DNA of 64,000 nucleotides from Schmidtea nova (Eukaryota). The DNA is taken from positions 460,660,001 to 460,724,000 of the forward strand of contig CM097882.1 of assembly GCA_044892505.1 (NCBI GenBank). Reading direction: 5' to 3'. Shown in pieces: positions 51,817 to 64,000 of the stretch. The position numbers and the translations under genes were made by a program. The notes under the pieces were generated by a model. It was not told the origin of the DNA and searched no databases. It was given only the letters and a program-made list of their open reading frames with translations. Every line of letters starts with the position of its first letter. Within the stretch, counting starts at the first letter, position 1.

Positions 51817-52737
51817 CAGTGGTTCTTAACCTTTTGATAGTGAAGGAGCACTTTGATATCTCAAAAATTTTGTCGGAACTACTGGGGCCCTTTTAACTGG
51901 GTACAGTTATAATTTCCTTTAAATAAACACAAAGAGAGATGTTTCTCTAAGTGTTTATTTAAAGTAAATGATACTTTATTTTATAAAAATATTACTAAAA
52001 GAATATTACCCATGAATATAATTACCCATGAAATTATTAAAATTAAATAGGATTTTTAAATCTGGTGTATTCAACATAGAGATTACAATATAAATTATTT
52101 TAAAGGGATTGAAACAGTGTAATGTATAGAGAAATTTTATTTATTTTACAAAAATAACCACACCCAAACAATCTAACGCTGCTGTAGTATCATACTTTTA
52201 TGTACTGAAAGGCATTTTTGTCATATAATATTAGCAATATGTAGTGTTCTTTAAATTTTATTATTTATATTTTATTTTGGAGTGTTGTTACAACACTGTT
52301 GTAGTACAACGTTATTTGCAATGTAATTAATNNNNNNNNNNNNNNNNNNNNNNNNNNNNNNNNNNNNNNNNNNNNNNNNNNNNNNNNNNNNNNNNNNNNN
52401 NNNNNNNNNNNNNNNNNNNNNNNNNNNNNNNNNNNNNNNNNNNNNNNNNNNNNNNNNNNNNNNNNNNNNNNNNNNNNNNNNNNNNNNNNNNNNNNNNNNN
52501 NNNNNNNNNNNNNNNNNNNNNNNNNNNNNNNNNNNNNNNNNNNNNNNNNNNNNNNNNNNNNNNNNNNNNNNNNNNNNNNNNNNNNNNNNNNNNNNNNNNN
52601 NNNNNNNNNNNNNNNNNNNNNNNNNNNNNNNNNNNNNNNNNNNNNNNNNNNNNNNNNNNNNNNNNNNNNNNNNNNGAATTTCTAAGTTTGGCGGAACACT
52701 TCACCTAATTTCACGGGACACCGTTTAAGAACCACTG
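51817..52737. mobile_element. hAT-superfamily non-autonomous element (spans an N-gap)
   Basis: TIRs CAGTGGTTCTTAA / TTAAGAACCACTG and an exact 8-bp TSD GTCTAATG at 51809-51816 and 52738-52745. Confidence 0.88.
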
Positions 52738-53541
52738 GTCTAATGAGTCCCGGACAGCGAGGTACAAGGGACGTCGGAAAACCCCTCGTATGTCAAATGG
52801 TGAGCCACATTTTTCACAGATTTTGTCGGAGGAAAACTGAAGTTATACTACAACTCAATTTGACAATATTTAAAACAAATAAAACAATAAACTCGTAATT
52901 ATTAATTTTAATTCTGATTTTTCTGAAATTTTTGAATGAATTTTGGAATGAACTTTTAGTTGTCATTTCTTGATAAATCAGCTTTGTTTCTTTCTTTCAG
53001 AGATTTTATTTTAGTTAAAATTGACTTTTCAAAAATTTTACCATTAAAGCAATAAATATTTAGTTTAAGGTTTATTACTTAATTTTAATTTAGTAGGCAG
53101 TTGTAGGATTATTTTATTTAAACACTAGATAGGTGCAACCTCTGACTCCTCGTGTCCTTTTATCTATCAAAATCAATACCCCACACAGAATAATTTTATT
53201 TTGACTGTCACAATAAATTACAATTTGTCTTAACTTTCAATTTATTGAATCGATACAATTTACAATTTTACAATAATTTGCACTTTCTTTCGTTTATTAA
53301 TCTGACTCAACGTTAAGGCAGATGACTCAAGGGGCAATCGCCTTTTCTGGTACGTTTAATTGAGTAAAGTTTTATTATAATCGCTTCTTTCTTCCCTCTA
53401 TTAACTTTCCTAAAGTTTTTCACATAGAATTTTGACGAAAATATTTTCGACAATCTGGTGTTTTATCTTTATTCGGGTCTCTCTTTTTATACTCGTTTGA
53501 GAGGGCATTTATCTAATTTTTTGTAAATATTATCTAAAATA

Positions 53542-54840
53542 CAGTAAACCCTCCAACTGCGTGGTAGATACGTTCCACAAAAACAACGCGCAAACCGAAA
53601 CCGCGCACTGTGAACCCGATTTTATATGTAATTATGGGGTTAGGTTCCAGATATTACAAAAATATTAAAAAATATAATAAAAAGTCTTTATTCAACCACT
53701 AATATACATATTTACATTTATATAAACATAAAAACTAATAAAAACAGTCTCAATTCATTGCTTTTACATAATTAATATTACTATTATAAAAATTAATAAA
53801 AATTTAACATAAATAAAAATTATAAAAAACAATACAAGAACTAAAAAACAGTTTCAATTCAACGACTAAACATAAATAAAAATTAACATAAGTAACGTTA
53901 TATTAATCACTGCTACATGCTGATGAGCTTGATTATATTGGCTGTGATTGTATATTTTTTGGAAAAAAGCTTGTTAACACTGATTGCTTACCAGCTTTTT
54001 GTTTTTCTTTATAAATTTCAGCATATGGTGTTAAAGCTGTTGTCAGATTTCTCCGAAATTTTAAGGCACGCTCCATATCAGGGTCCATATTAAGAGCTTG
54101 CTGTTCAAGTTGACTACCAAGTTTTAAAAAACTTGATAGTTTTTCGGTAGTAAACTTTTTCTCTTCTGTAATCTGTACATCTTCTTCACTTTCATCATTT
54201 TCATCATTATTACCGCCGAACTGTGTCAAAATATCGTCAACAGTATTATTTTCTTCATTTGACACAAGGACTTCCGTGATATCTTCTGATTCTAAATTTT
54301 GAAAACCGTCCCACCAATTGTTCTACCTAAAGTCACAATTTCCACAATTTCTGGCATTTCAACAACAAATTTTATTTATACTTACTTTATAACACTCTTT
54401 AATTGATGTAATAATTTTTTATTACGGTTATATCTAATGCACACGAATAAGATTTTTTTGAATTTAATATGTACTAATATATTTTTAATTAAATAAACAC
54501 TTGTATAAATATCTATTAATTAAAACTATGTAATTTTACATCCTAATCCTAACCACACCACTAGAAAAATGAAACTGCCTTTATTATTTTTATATAAAAA
54601 ATACAGTGCATCGAAATACGATGAATCACTATTTTCACTACCATATGTATTCGTAGTTTTACGGGATTCACCATAAAAAATTAAATTGACATGATTTTTT
54701 TTGTTGAAATAGACAAAAACAAAAAAGAACCGCGCAGCTACGAAATTTTTAGCGCGCAGATCGAAATTTTGGTATTAAAGGTTTGGCCGCGCAATTGCGA
54801 AACCGCGCAATGAAAAACTGCGCAGTTGGAGGGTTTACTG
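53542..54840 (-). mobile_element. Tigger/pogo-like element with a transposase C-terminal fragment (53933-54265)
   Basis: Perfect 20-bp TIR CAGTAAACCCTCCAACTGCG with TA flanks. The fragment ending DPDMERALKFRR...YKEKQKAGKQSVLTSFF is typical of Tigger C-termini. Confidence 0.85.
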
Positions 54841-56320
54841 TATATTGGGTTAATGATGATAATAACAGATTAATTTGTTTATCCGTCCGGGTGGGCTCAT
54901 CTAACTTTGCCGTGATAATTACCAGCCTTTGATCTCTCAGGTCTTCTTGCGCTCCGGGCTTTCCTCATCGCTAAGGCTTCGCATTGTCTCAGGCTTCACA
55001 TTGAGCAATTAATTAATTTTTAATTAATTTGTTTTTTTCTCAATAACTTTTTCTAGGAACCTTTACTAAGTTTTTATAACTATTTTTGAGTTTGTCTTAT
55101 GATTTGGCGTTCAACCATACCCATTTCCGCAATCAATGTTAATTTTTAACTTTTGAAAAATTTTAATTAATTTTTGCACTTTTAATTATTTTGATATTTA
55201 CTTTGATTTTATCCATATTTATCGTGCTTGGATTTTTATTTTATGGTTTTAACTCTTTTCGATCTTTATCTTTTACTAATCACTATAAAACAATATGAAA
55301 AAGGTCTTTTTTCGCCAAAATGTATTTTTTTTAAATTGAGTTGCGAGAGATTTTAAAATATCTGTGCTGGAGCCGGCTCAGTCAAGCTCACGCAGGCCGT
55401 TTGATGGCAATAAAGATTGGTGTGTCGGTTGGTAAATTACCATATTACGAAGTAATAATTCAAAAATTAACCAAATTTAGAAATAGGCTATGCATTTTTG
55501 AATTTTTCTACACATAGTTATGCATAAATTTATATTGATGTGACAATTTTCATAATAATAGAATATTATGCAGTCATGGGAGGAATTTTCATTATATTTA
55601 AATATTATGTAGTTTTTCGTTTTGAATTATGTTTTTACCTACCCTGGTTATATGTGAGTCTAATTTTACCGACTGGTTATATGTGAGTCAAATTTTACCG
55701 ACTTACCAGCACATCCCTGGAAACTGATATGAGGGGATGGCAAATAGTGAGACGAATACGAAAATAATAATAAAAAAATAAATGGGGATGCCCAGAAAAA
55801 GATTTTTAAAAAATATAAAATAATTAAAAGTAACATAAACTTAATTGGCTAATGGAAACCCCGAGCAGAAAATGAAATAAATAATTAATTATTTCCTAAG
55901 ACCAGACAATAGCTGGACGAGATGTCGATTAACTAATTGTTTTCATATTGCGAGATGTCGCCAGGCTGGTCAATATTTTGTTTTTGCTTTTGAATAATTT
56001 ATTACTATTATTAATTTATTGAGAAAGAGAGAGAGATCTATATAGGGTATTCTAATATTTGTCATTTTGCCAGTTGGTTGAAATACATGTGAAAGAATCG
56101 ATTATATGAAAGAGGAGTCAGAGAAAAAAATGAAGTTTAAGCAAAAAGGTGATTTTCCGTTGGAAATACCTACCTTGTCGCTTTTAAATAAAAAGTACAG
56201 ATAAAAGTAAAAGTGTTCATGACAATATAATAAATTGTATGGTGAGGTAAATGATGTTAGCCAGACCTTCTATAGTCGAAGCATGGTGAGTCAAAAACCT
56301 TCAAAAGGTTGAAATATTTC

Positions 56321-56324
<4 letters not shown>

Positions 56325-56406
<82 letters not shown>
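56325..56406. repeat. (TA)n microsatellite
   Basis: Directly visible. Similar runs occur at about 13883-13903 and 46592-46653. Confidence 0.95.
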
Positions 56407-56408
<2 letters not shown>

Positions 56409-56727
56409 GAAGGTAAGTCCATCAATACATTTATACTTTCAAAGGACTTAAAAACAGGGCTCAATAGATACAGACTAAATTCATATGCAGTAGCTCAATC
56501 TAAGAATCCCATCTGTACAATCAACCCAAAATATATTAAATGACATCAATCAAGACTACTCATCAAACTCAGTCAAACCAAATCTCAACAACCAAAGATC
56601 CCCAACAATACCTAAACGCAGAATCAATCACACCATTATCGAACACTAACAATTATATTATCAATCTGTTTAATCACCCCTTTCTTTTATTGAAACTTAT
56701 TTTACTTTTGAATGTAGTTATATGTAA

Positions 56728-57395
56728 GGGGCCGTTCATAAAGTATGTACGCACTTAGGGGGTAGGGGGGTGTCAGGCCAAAAGCGTATTGGTATGTATG
56801 GGGGTAAAACACGGTAAATAAATACAAAACTAGTAAAAAAAAACTAGTAAAAATTAAAATGAAATATTATTAAAATGACTTTCCCGAAACGTCATATTAT
56901 TAATTTAAAGAAAAATGTTTTAGTGCGTGGATATTGTAAGAACCTACAGGTGTGCATGGTAAATTTAAAGTTGGCGTTGTAGCATGGCAAATTTTCTTTA
57001 TATTCCGTTTCACTTCTCTCATCGTGCAATAGGTTGTTTAAAACAGTCGCATTGATAATTGTAGTTTATAGTTTTATATTTTGCTATTCTATTTCGGTAT
57101 TATTTGGAAATTCATTTGAATATAATGTTAAATGCGGCCGAATTCCTGGGATTAAGTAAGTTCGCTGGCGATAATAAGAAGATTCTTATCGTTAGGACAT
57201 GGTTTTAAAAAACTGAAACAAACGACCCATGACATTCATAGAAGTCCATCTTTGTCTAAAGATTAATCATTCTTTTCCGGGGTGTAAAGTGTATGTACCG
57301 GGGGGGTAGGGGCCGAAAAAGTACACACTGCAACATGGGGAGGGAGGGGGGTAGCATTTACGATTTTTTGGCATACGTACTTTATGGACGATCCC
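56728..57395. mobile_element. PIF/Harbinger-like MITE
   Basis: Imperfect 25-bp TIRs (GGGGCCGTTCATAAAGTATGTACGC versus reverse complement GGGATCGTCCATAAAGTACGTATGC) with TAA on both flanks. Confidence 0.7.
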
Positions 57396-58014
57396 TAATA
57401 AGTAATTGTTATATTTAATAATATTAANNNNNNNNNNNNNNNNNNNNNNNNNNNNNNNNNNNNNNNNNNNNNNNNNNNNNNNNNNNNNNNNNNNNNNNNN
57501 NNNNNNNNNNNNNNNNNNNNNNNNNNNNNNNNNNNNNNNNNNNNNNNNNNNNNNNNNCTAGCATAAGCCGATTATCCCTAAACTGTATATGTTATTAATT
57601 ATTATTAATGTTATTAATCAATTATTACGTAGTCAGGGCGTAAACCTTTAAGTGTTACGCAACAAAACGCAATAATGACATAATTCTCTATATGTTTCGT
57701 AATAATACTGTAATAATGACATACCACTTTATAAATTATGTAATTCAACATTTACTATATAATTCTTACATAATACTTTAAAAAATTAAATGATAGCAAA
57801 TCCATTACGTAACTAATTATGCAATACTGAAATTTATTAATTTTTATTTATTTTTTCATCAATTTTACAAAAAATATAAAATTAATTAATTTTTTCAACA
57901 TTTTTTCCAAAATTTCCAAAGATGCTCAGAATCAAATAATTATTATACCAATCTGCTAAAAATTGAATGGTGAAAAAAAGGGTCAAAAGTAAAAAAAATT
58001 GTAAAAAAAGTAAA

Positions 58015-58520
58015 AATTAAACTCATCCGATCAAATTTACGCGTAAAAAAGGTCAACTCGGGGAAATTCCAAAAATTAAAAAGGCTCAGATTTCAATAAT
58101 TTTTATTTCAATTTACTGAGAATAAAACGGGAACAAAAAATAGTAAAAATGAAAGCATGAAAAATTGGTCTCATCCGACCAAATTTTACACATAAAAAGG
58201 GTCGACTCGGAAAATATCCAAAAATAAAAACTTCCTCAGAAATCAATCATTTTTATACCTATCTACTGAGAATTGAATGATATACAAAAAAGGGGTCATG
58301 AAAAAACATGAAAAATTAAACTCATCCGGTAAAATTTTACACGTAAAAAGGGTCGACTCGGAGAATTTCCAGAAATCAATAATTTGTATACCAATCTATT
58401 GAGAATTGAAAGGCAAATAATAATGATCAAAAAGTAAAAAACATGACAAAACTGACTAATCCGACCAAATTTTACACATAAAAAGAGTTGACTCTCACAA
58501 TTTCCCAAAATTTTAAAAAT
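58015..58520. repeat. Four degenerate tandem units of about 140-150 bp
   Basis: Core TCATCCGA.CAAATTTTAC.C.TAAAAAGGGTC.ACTCGG recurs near 58022, 58170, 58321 and 58457. Confidence 0.75.
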
Positions 58521-59389
58521 TGTCAGAACTCAATAATTTATATACCAAAATACTGACAATTTAACAACCAACAATGAAAAATTCATAAAAATAAAAAAGC
58601 TATAAAAACAACAAAAGTATTTTAAAAATAAATCTTGATTCAAGAAAATCTTCGACAATTACGTTGTATTGTAATGGTCATTATAGTATGCCTTTCGCAT
58701 TTCGGTAACCAAAATATATACTGATTGTTGCCATTTAAAGTCATGGCAGTAAGCCCATTCATTAGTACATGAAACTCGCATTGGTACTTTATATGTAATG
58801 CAATTTTCGACACACTTGACGTTAGCCCCAAAAACCATATCATAATGCATTTCGAGAAACTTCTCGATGTTGATCCCCGTGTTTTGGTATATTTTAGGTA
58901 CCAAAGAGATTATAATCGAGATTAATTTTAATCTTCGGGTAAAGATCTTGAATCTTCTTAAAAATTACTTCGAAAAAAAAACTAAAAGAATAAATTATAA
59001 TAAAAATTACTTCGAGCATATAAACTAAAAGAATAAATTAATATAAAAGTTTAAAGAAAAATACTCTTACTTTTAGACATTTTCAAATTTTCACAATCAA
59101 GGACTAACAATTAATACCAACGAAATTTATTTAATTAATTATTGTATTTATTTCATTATTAATATTTTCCACATAATTTTTATAATACAAAGTTTAAATT
59201 ACAAGCATAACACATTTGCCGCTTGAAATATTTGGATACACGCGGGAATAAATTTTTGTCGATGTAATGCTGGTAATATTTTTGGATTAAACTGTCAAAC
59301 TAATAGCTCTAAATCAGTTAACCAATAAATCAAGTAACAAGTTCTTCACATTAATCTGCTACAATCAACTATCGATTTACTAAATACAC

Positions 59390-59979
59390 ATAAACTTACC
59401 TTCAAAAACTAACAAATAGATTTACACAATCCCTAACCTTCAACCATCTATGAAGTGCCTGTAACAACGCGACACTTGGGAAGACAGAGAAGAGAAATAG
59501 ATTAGGCCCAAAGAGACGCCGAGAAAGAAGGGCCTTCGCCGAACGAATAAATATCGAAGTCGATGTTCTAAGCGGCCTATTCAAAAGGCAACTAATAAAC
59601 GTAATTAATACGAAGGTGTTCTTAGGTTGAATAAATGTATTGGTGTATTAATGAGTTTGTTCTTTTTGAATGTTGAGAATATATGTAAAATTTGATGAAT
59701 ATCAAAACATAAGGAAAGTAAAATATAAGGTGACATAGAAAAATTGCTTAGACCTTCTATCTGTCCGAATGAACCCATAGGGATAATAGGAACATAGTTA
59801 TCACGAGATAGCTCACCTGCCATATTAACCTTCACGGGCTAGTACACTACCAACGTTAGAAGCAATTAGAAGCAAATAACGGGTACTCGCTCTGGGTATA
59901 CGTTTTTATGTCAGCGGAATTACTCTAATTGTATATCAAGTAAATCCTCTGTTGACGAACACCAGACAGCACACCAACA
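59390..59979 (+). mobile_element. Diverged relic of a related LTR (3-prime part, including the ORF-B C-terminus)
   Basis: 59490-59630 translates KRNRLGPKRRRERRAFAERINIEVDVLSGLFKRQLINVINTKVFLG*. Shares AATAAATGTAT after the stop, GCTCACCTGCC, GTTTTTATGT and an ending CACACCAACA (compare CACACCAGCA). Left boundary uncertain. Confidence 0.75.
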
Positions 59980-61652
59980 CATACACACATTTATATATAT
60001 ACTGAATTTGCATTTTATTTAAATAATAAATATATAGAGACTCCGCGATATAATATCCAATCGGGAACCACTTATTTTTGTTTATTGTTAGAAGTAAACA
60101 AAAATATGGCTACCATGATAACAATCAAAAGCAAAATAAGAATTAACATACAACAGATTAAACCAAATCACGAAAACAAACCATTCCTATATCACCAAAA
60201 TCAAAATCTCCCGAGTAATTTTACACACAACGAAACCCAAACAAAGAGAAATTACATCACATTCAACACCATAAACATGGTCAAAGAATTCGACAAAATT
60301 GCAATTATCACCATATAAAAAAACAATACAAAGACTGTTTCAAATGAAACAACACAATAAGACATTTAATAGAAAACATCAAGTACAAACAATTAAATGT
60401 TGTACATTTTTATATATTTATTGTGATCTGTAAAACACAACACATAAATCAAACATACTTAACACAACCAAAAAAAATAAAGAGAAATATCTAAATACAA
60501 ATTGTTTTTTATAACAATTGTAACTTCCGTTTTTAAAATGGGGAAGTTATGTTAGGGCTGCATTCTTATTCTTATTCTTGTTATTATAAAATGGTGATTT
60601 CTTTTAAGTAGCATTAAGTATTAAATAAATACATAAATAAGTAACAAAATAACTCTTTGCTGCAATAACAATTTTCTCACTTATTAAAAAGGTTATTGCA
60701 GCAAAGGCTTATTTTCTTATTTATTTATTAATTTATTATTCTTATTCTTATTTTTATTATTACAGTAATTTAAAAAAAGACTGATTTGTCATTGCGCTTG
60801 TTGTTAAAGTGGGCGTCCTGTCAGACACAGGGTTTCCCCCTTTAATTGTATGATTTCTTATTTATATTGTTTTGATAATCAAGAAATAATAATAATAAAA
60901 GTATTAAAAAAACTCGAAAAATAATTCGATGGAAAATGACAAATTATTACTATAGAAAAATTATTTAGAGAAAAAAGCCAATAAATAAAAATTTGAAAAT
61001 TAACTAAAGAAGCGATAACAAACAGAAAATAGAAAATAACAAGAGAAATAGAAAATGCTAAAGCCGCTTTGGTTATCTGGGTTGGAAATAAAAAACGGAA
61101 AAAAGTAAATTTAACAATAAATGGCAGATGCCCGAAGTGAAAAGAAAAGCTCTAGATAACGCGAAAAACTTTGAATTGTATGAAACAAAATATTTTTGAA
61201 AAAAACATTATTATTCCAAAATTTACTTGAGTACGCATTTCATTTTTTAGTGTTTCAATAAATAGATGTTGTTAAAATTTGTTCTTTAATTTATTTAATA
61301 CTGTAATAATATACGCACCCACACATACACACAAGGCCATAATCAACTCAACATTCAACCCAGTTGTCCTGATATTTTATGAAGGAGACTCTGCTGGGCT
61401 CAACAGTTCTACTTACGTAGATTACAAATACATTACATGTATGGTTGAACGCCAAATCAAAAAACAAATCCAGTAATAATAATAATAATTAAGTAAGAGT
61501 CCCTGATAGAAAGTTATCGCGATCAATGGGTCACCCGTGCCATTGGAAAACCCGAGATAATGCGAAACCCAAGCCATGACGAAATCTCGGAGTGCAAGAA
61601 GACCTGAGAATTGAAAAGCGGGTGATTACGCGAACTAATAAGTGATAAAATC

Positions 61653-62038
61653 CACCTGGAAGAAGAACAACTTAATTTGTTTTTGAGCCAGTTATGCCAG
61701 AGACTTTCAGTAAAATTGATCGAGATTTAGATAACTATCTTCACAATAAGAGTATTGAAAGAGAACGGAAAGGAAACGAACCACTAGTTGGTCGAAAATG
61801 AAAATCTTAAAATACTACATAAAGTGGTCGAAAACTATTAAAAGAAAAAGAAATTATTAAAAGGCAGAGCCACGAAGAAGAAAAAAGGAAGTGAGAAAAT
61901 ATTTTAATAAATCTTGTTCAAATAGAAAGTGCAGAAAAAGCTGTTATCTCTTAGATTATACTCTTTTACGTAAATCAAATCTAGAAAAAAACGAGAAAAA
62001 GTGCAAATTATTGCAAATTGTACTGAGTAAACAAGTTT
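61653..62038. repeat. Left arm of a long inverted repeat (at least 386 bp)
   Basis: Reverse complement of 63615-64000 with only a few mismatches. The true outer limit lies beyond the window edge. Confidence 0.92.
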
Positions 62039-63474
62039 GCCCAATTTGCTATGATTCAATGTCAGATCATAATTATGTTGTGTTGGCCGACTGCCATCAC
62101 CGGACTTGTAAAAGGTGTGCCAAAGAAATCATGTTCAAATCGTCTTCTAAATGCCAACTTGACAATGAGGAAATAGAAACGATCATCAATTGCTCTAGCA
62201 ATCCTCATCAAGGTGATGAAGTGACATTTGAAAGTCAAACTGTTAAAGAATATCGGGATAATATATTATCTAAGGAGCCGCGATCAATTATGGAGGACAT
62301 CGAGAATACTTGGATGGAAAGAACATTACATATCATATGCATTTTAGATAAAACTGAGGAAATGTTGAATACTTTAGGAGATAAATTTACAAAATGGTAC
62401 AATATAGACGAGTCTATTGAAAAGGAAGAACTTTTAGATTTCATCGACATTTTCTATGGCACAATTGAAGAAATTGATTTATTGCAAGAAGCAGAAATTC
62501 TTTTTCTTTCTGACAAGGAAAGATTTTATCAAACTTATATTGATAGTTTATCAGATGAAAAGAATCTATCTTTAGATTTGATGAATATTTCGAATTTGGA
62601 GTTCTTCCAAAGGTTTTTTGACTTAAAATTTCCATTTTTTTATTGTCTAATAGATCCAATGATCGACCAGAAAAAGTATCTTTGCAAATTAATTAAAATA
62701 GTTGATCAACAATTGAACGATTTGAAATTTTTTTCTAAAATTCAAATTTGTTTCATTTTATCGTTTTTAAGGAATAATAAAGAAATATATGAAAAGTTGC
62801 AGATAAATGTCGATAAAATGAATTTTGATAATTGTTTGATTTGTGCTGATAAAATCGATTTTCATCGATACGCCAAACTATGGAATTGCTCACACAAAAT
62901 ATGCCAATCATGCATATATCGATTCATGATTACCCATGCTTGTTGTCCGTTTGATGATGGGGAAGAAATAAATGATTTGATTATGATTATCGGTGATGAT
63001 TTCGGTGACAATGTTGAAGAAAACAAAGAAAATGAAAACGTTATGAATTACTTAGAAAACAATGTTGAAAATATTTACAATGCAATTATTGATGAAATCA
63101 AAAAATTTATTAAAACATTTTCAGATATTTTCAATAACAAAACAGAGGAATATTCAATCTTCATGAAAAAAGTCAGTTCCTTGCTTGACATATTTACCTC
63201 TAAATCAGTCAAACCTAAGATCAAAATAAAATTCATCAAAGAACTCAGACAAGAATATGCTAAACTTGTCAATGATGGGCTCATAATATTCCCGCCTTCA
63301 GCTGGAAAGATAATTTGTATGGAAAACTCTTTCAATCTGAAGCTAAGCGAATTTTTGAATGTCGAAAACGTTTTAAATTCGATATTTTTCGACGCTATCA
63401 GATATCTTAAATTTTTTCATTACAATATCTTTATGATAATATCGAGTTGTCAGATAAACTGCAAGACGTGTTAG
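61891..63474 (+). CDS. Intronless protein with two RING-like fingers, each followed by a helical region (start uncertain; first about 49 codons lie in the repeat arm)
   Basis: CPICYDS...LADCHHRTCKRC...KCQLD and CLICADK...LWNCSHKICQSC...CCPFDD. Long open frame in very AT-rich DNA. Confidence 0.7.
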   Translation: MRKYFNKSCSNRKCRKSCYLLDYTLLRKSNLEKNEKKCKLLQIVLSKQVCPICYDSMSDHNYVVLADCHHRTCKRCAKEIMFKSSSKCQLDNEEIETIINCSSNPHQGDEVTFESQTVKEYRDNILSKEPRSIMEDIENTWMERTLHIICILDKTEEMLNTLGDKFTKWYNIDESIEKEELLDFIDIFYGTIEEIDLLQEAEILFLSDKERFYQTYIDSLSDEKNLSLDLMNISNLEFFQRFFDLKFPFFYCLIDPMIDQKKYLCKLIKIVDQQLNDLKFFSKIQICFILSFLRNNKEIYEKLQINVDKMNFDNCLICADKIDFHRYAKLWNCSHKICQSCIYRFMITHACCPFDDGEEINDLIMIIGDDFGDNVEENKENENVMNYLENNVENIYNAIIDEIKKFIKTFSDIFNNKTEEYSIFMKKVSSLLDIFTSKSVKPKIKIKFIKELRQEYAKLVNDGLIIFPPSAGKIICMENSFNLKLSEFLNVENVLNSIFFDAIRYLKFFHYNIFMIISSCQINCKTC

Positions 63475-63614
63475 AAGTGTTGGGTTATTTAAATTTGTTT
63501 TAAAATCGGTTCAAATATCTAACTCCTTGTGTCCTTTTAATAATCAAAAACCAATAAACCCAACACAGAATAATTTATTTGATTGTCACTATAAATACAA
63601 CTTGTCTTTGATAT

Positions 63615-64000
63615 AAACTTGTTTACTCAATACAATTTACAATAATTTGCACTTTTTCTCGTTTTTTTCTAGATTTGATTTACGTAAAAGAGTATAATCT
63701 AAGAGATAACAGCTTTTTCTGCACTTTCTATTTGAACAAGTTTTATTAAAATATTTTCTCACTTCCTTTTTTCTTCTTCGTGGCTCTGCCCTTTAATAAT
63801 TTCTTTTTCTTTTAATAGTTTTCGACCACTTTATGTAGTATTTTAAGATTTTCATTTTCGACCAACTAGTGGTTCGTTTCCTTTCCGTTCTCTTTCAATA
63901 CTCTTATTGTGAAGATAGTTATCTAAATCTCGATCAATTTTACTGAAAGTCTCTGGCCTAACTGGCTCAAAAACAAATTAAGTTGTTCTTCTTCCAGGTG
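63615..64000. repeat. Right arm of the long inverted repeat (runs off the window)
   Basis: Pairs with 61653-62038 (coordinate sum 125653 at both ends). Confidence 0.92.

Noticed and set aside
58659-58904. Coding-looking 81-aa minus-strand ORF
   Set aside because: No recognisable family, splice partners or element context.

Overview
AT-rich animal (eukaryotic) genomic scaffold with four N-gaps (about 13284-13475, 49608-49761, 52332-52675, 57428-57557). The left part holds three exons of a minus-strand host PP2C (PPM1A/B-like) gene. Its introns carry DNA-transposon debris and a Penelope-like retroelement. The centre is one giant, recently inserted Ty3/Gypsy LTR element of 29,397 bp (16389-45785), with near-identical 3,288-bp LTRs, a 4-bp TSD (AGTT) and a tRNA-Pro PBS. 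One reading frame of about 15 kb, broken by only three in-frame stops, encodes in order: Gag, ubiquitin-like domains, an AT-hook, a Bcl-2-like domain, a chuvirus/gB-like class III envelope, PR, RT, RNase H, IN, ankyrin repeats and FN3-like membrane domains. The element also has seven short accessory ORFs: an IAP-type RING, a complete TRAF, two coiled-coil proteins, a small membrane protein and two genes inside each LTR. Each is preceded by a YAG splice-acceptor-like site 1-8 nt before its ATG. The right part holds more transposon debris, a divergent relic of the same LTR family and an intronless double-RING ORF enclosed by long inverted repeats. All domain calls are by-eye motif recognition; no database searches were run.
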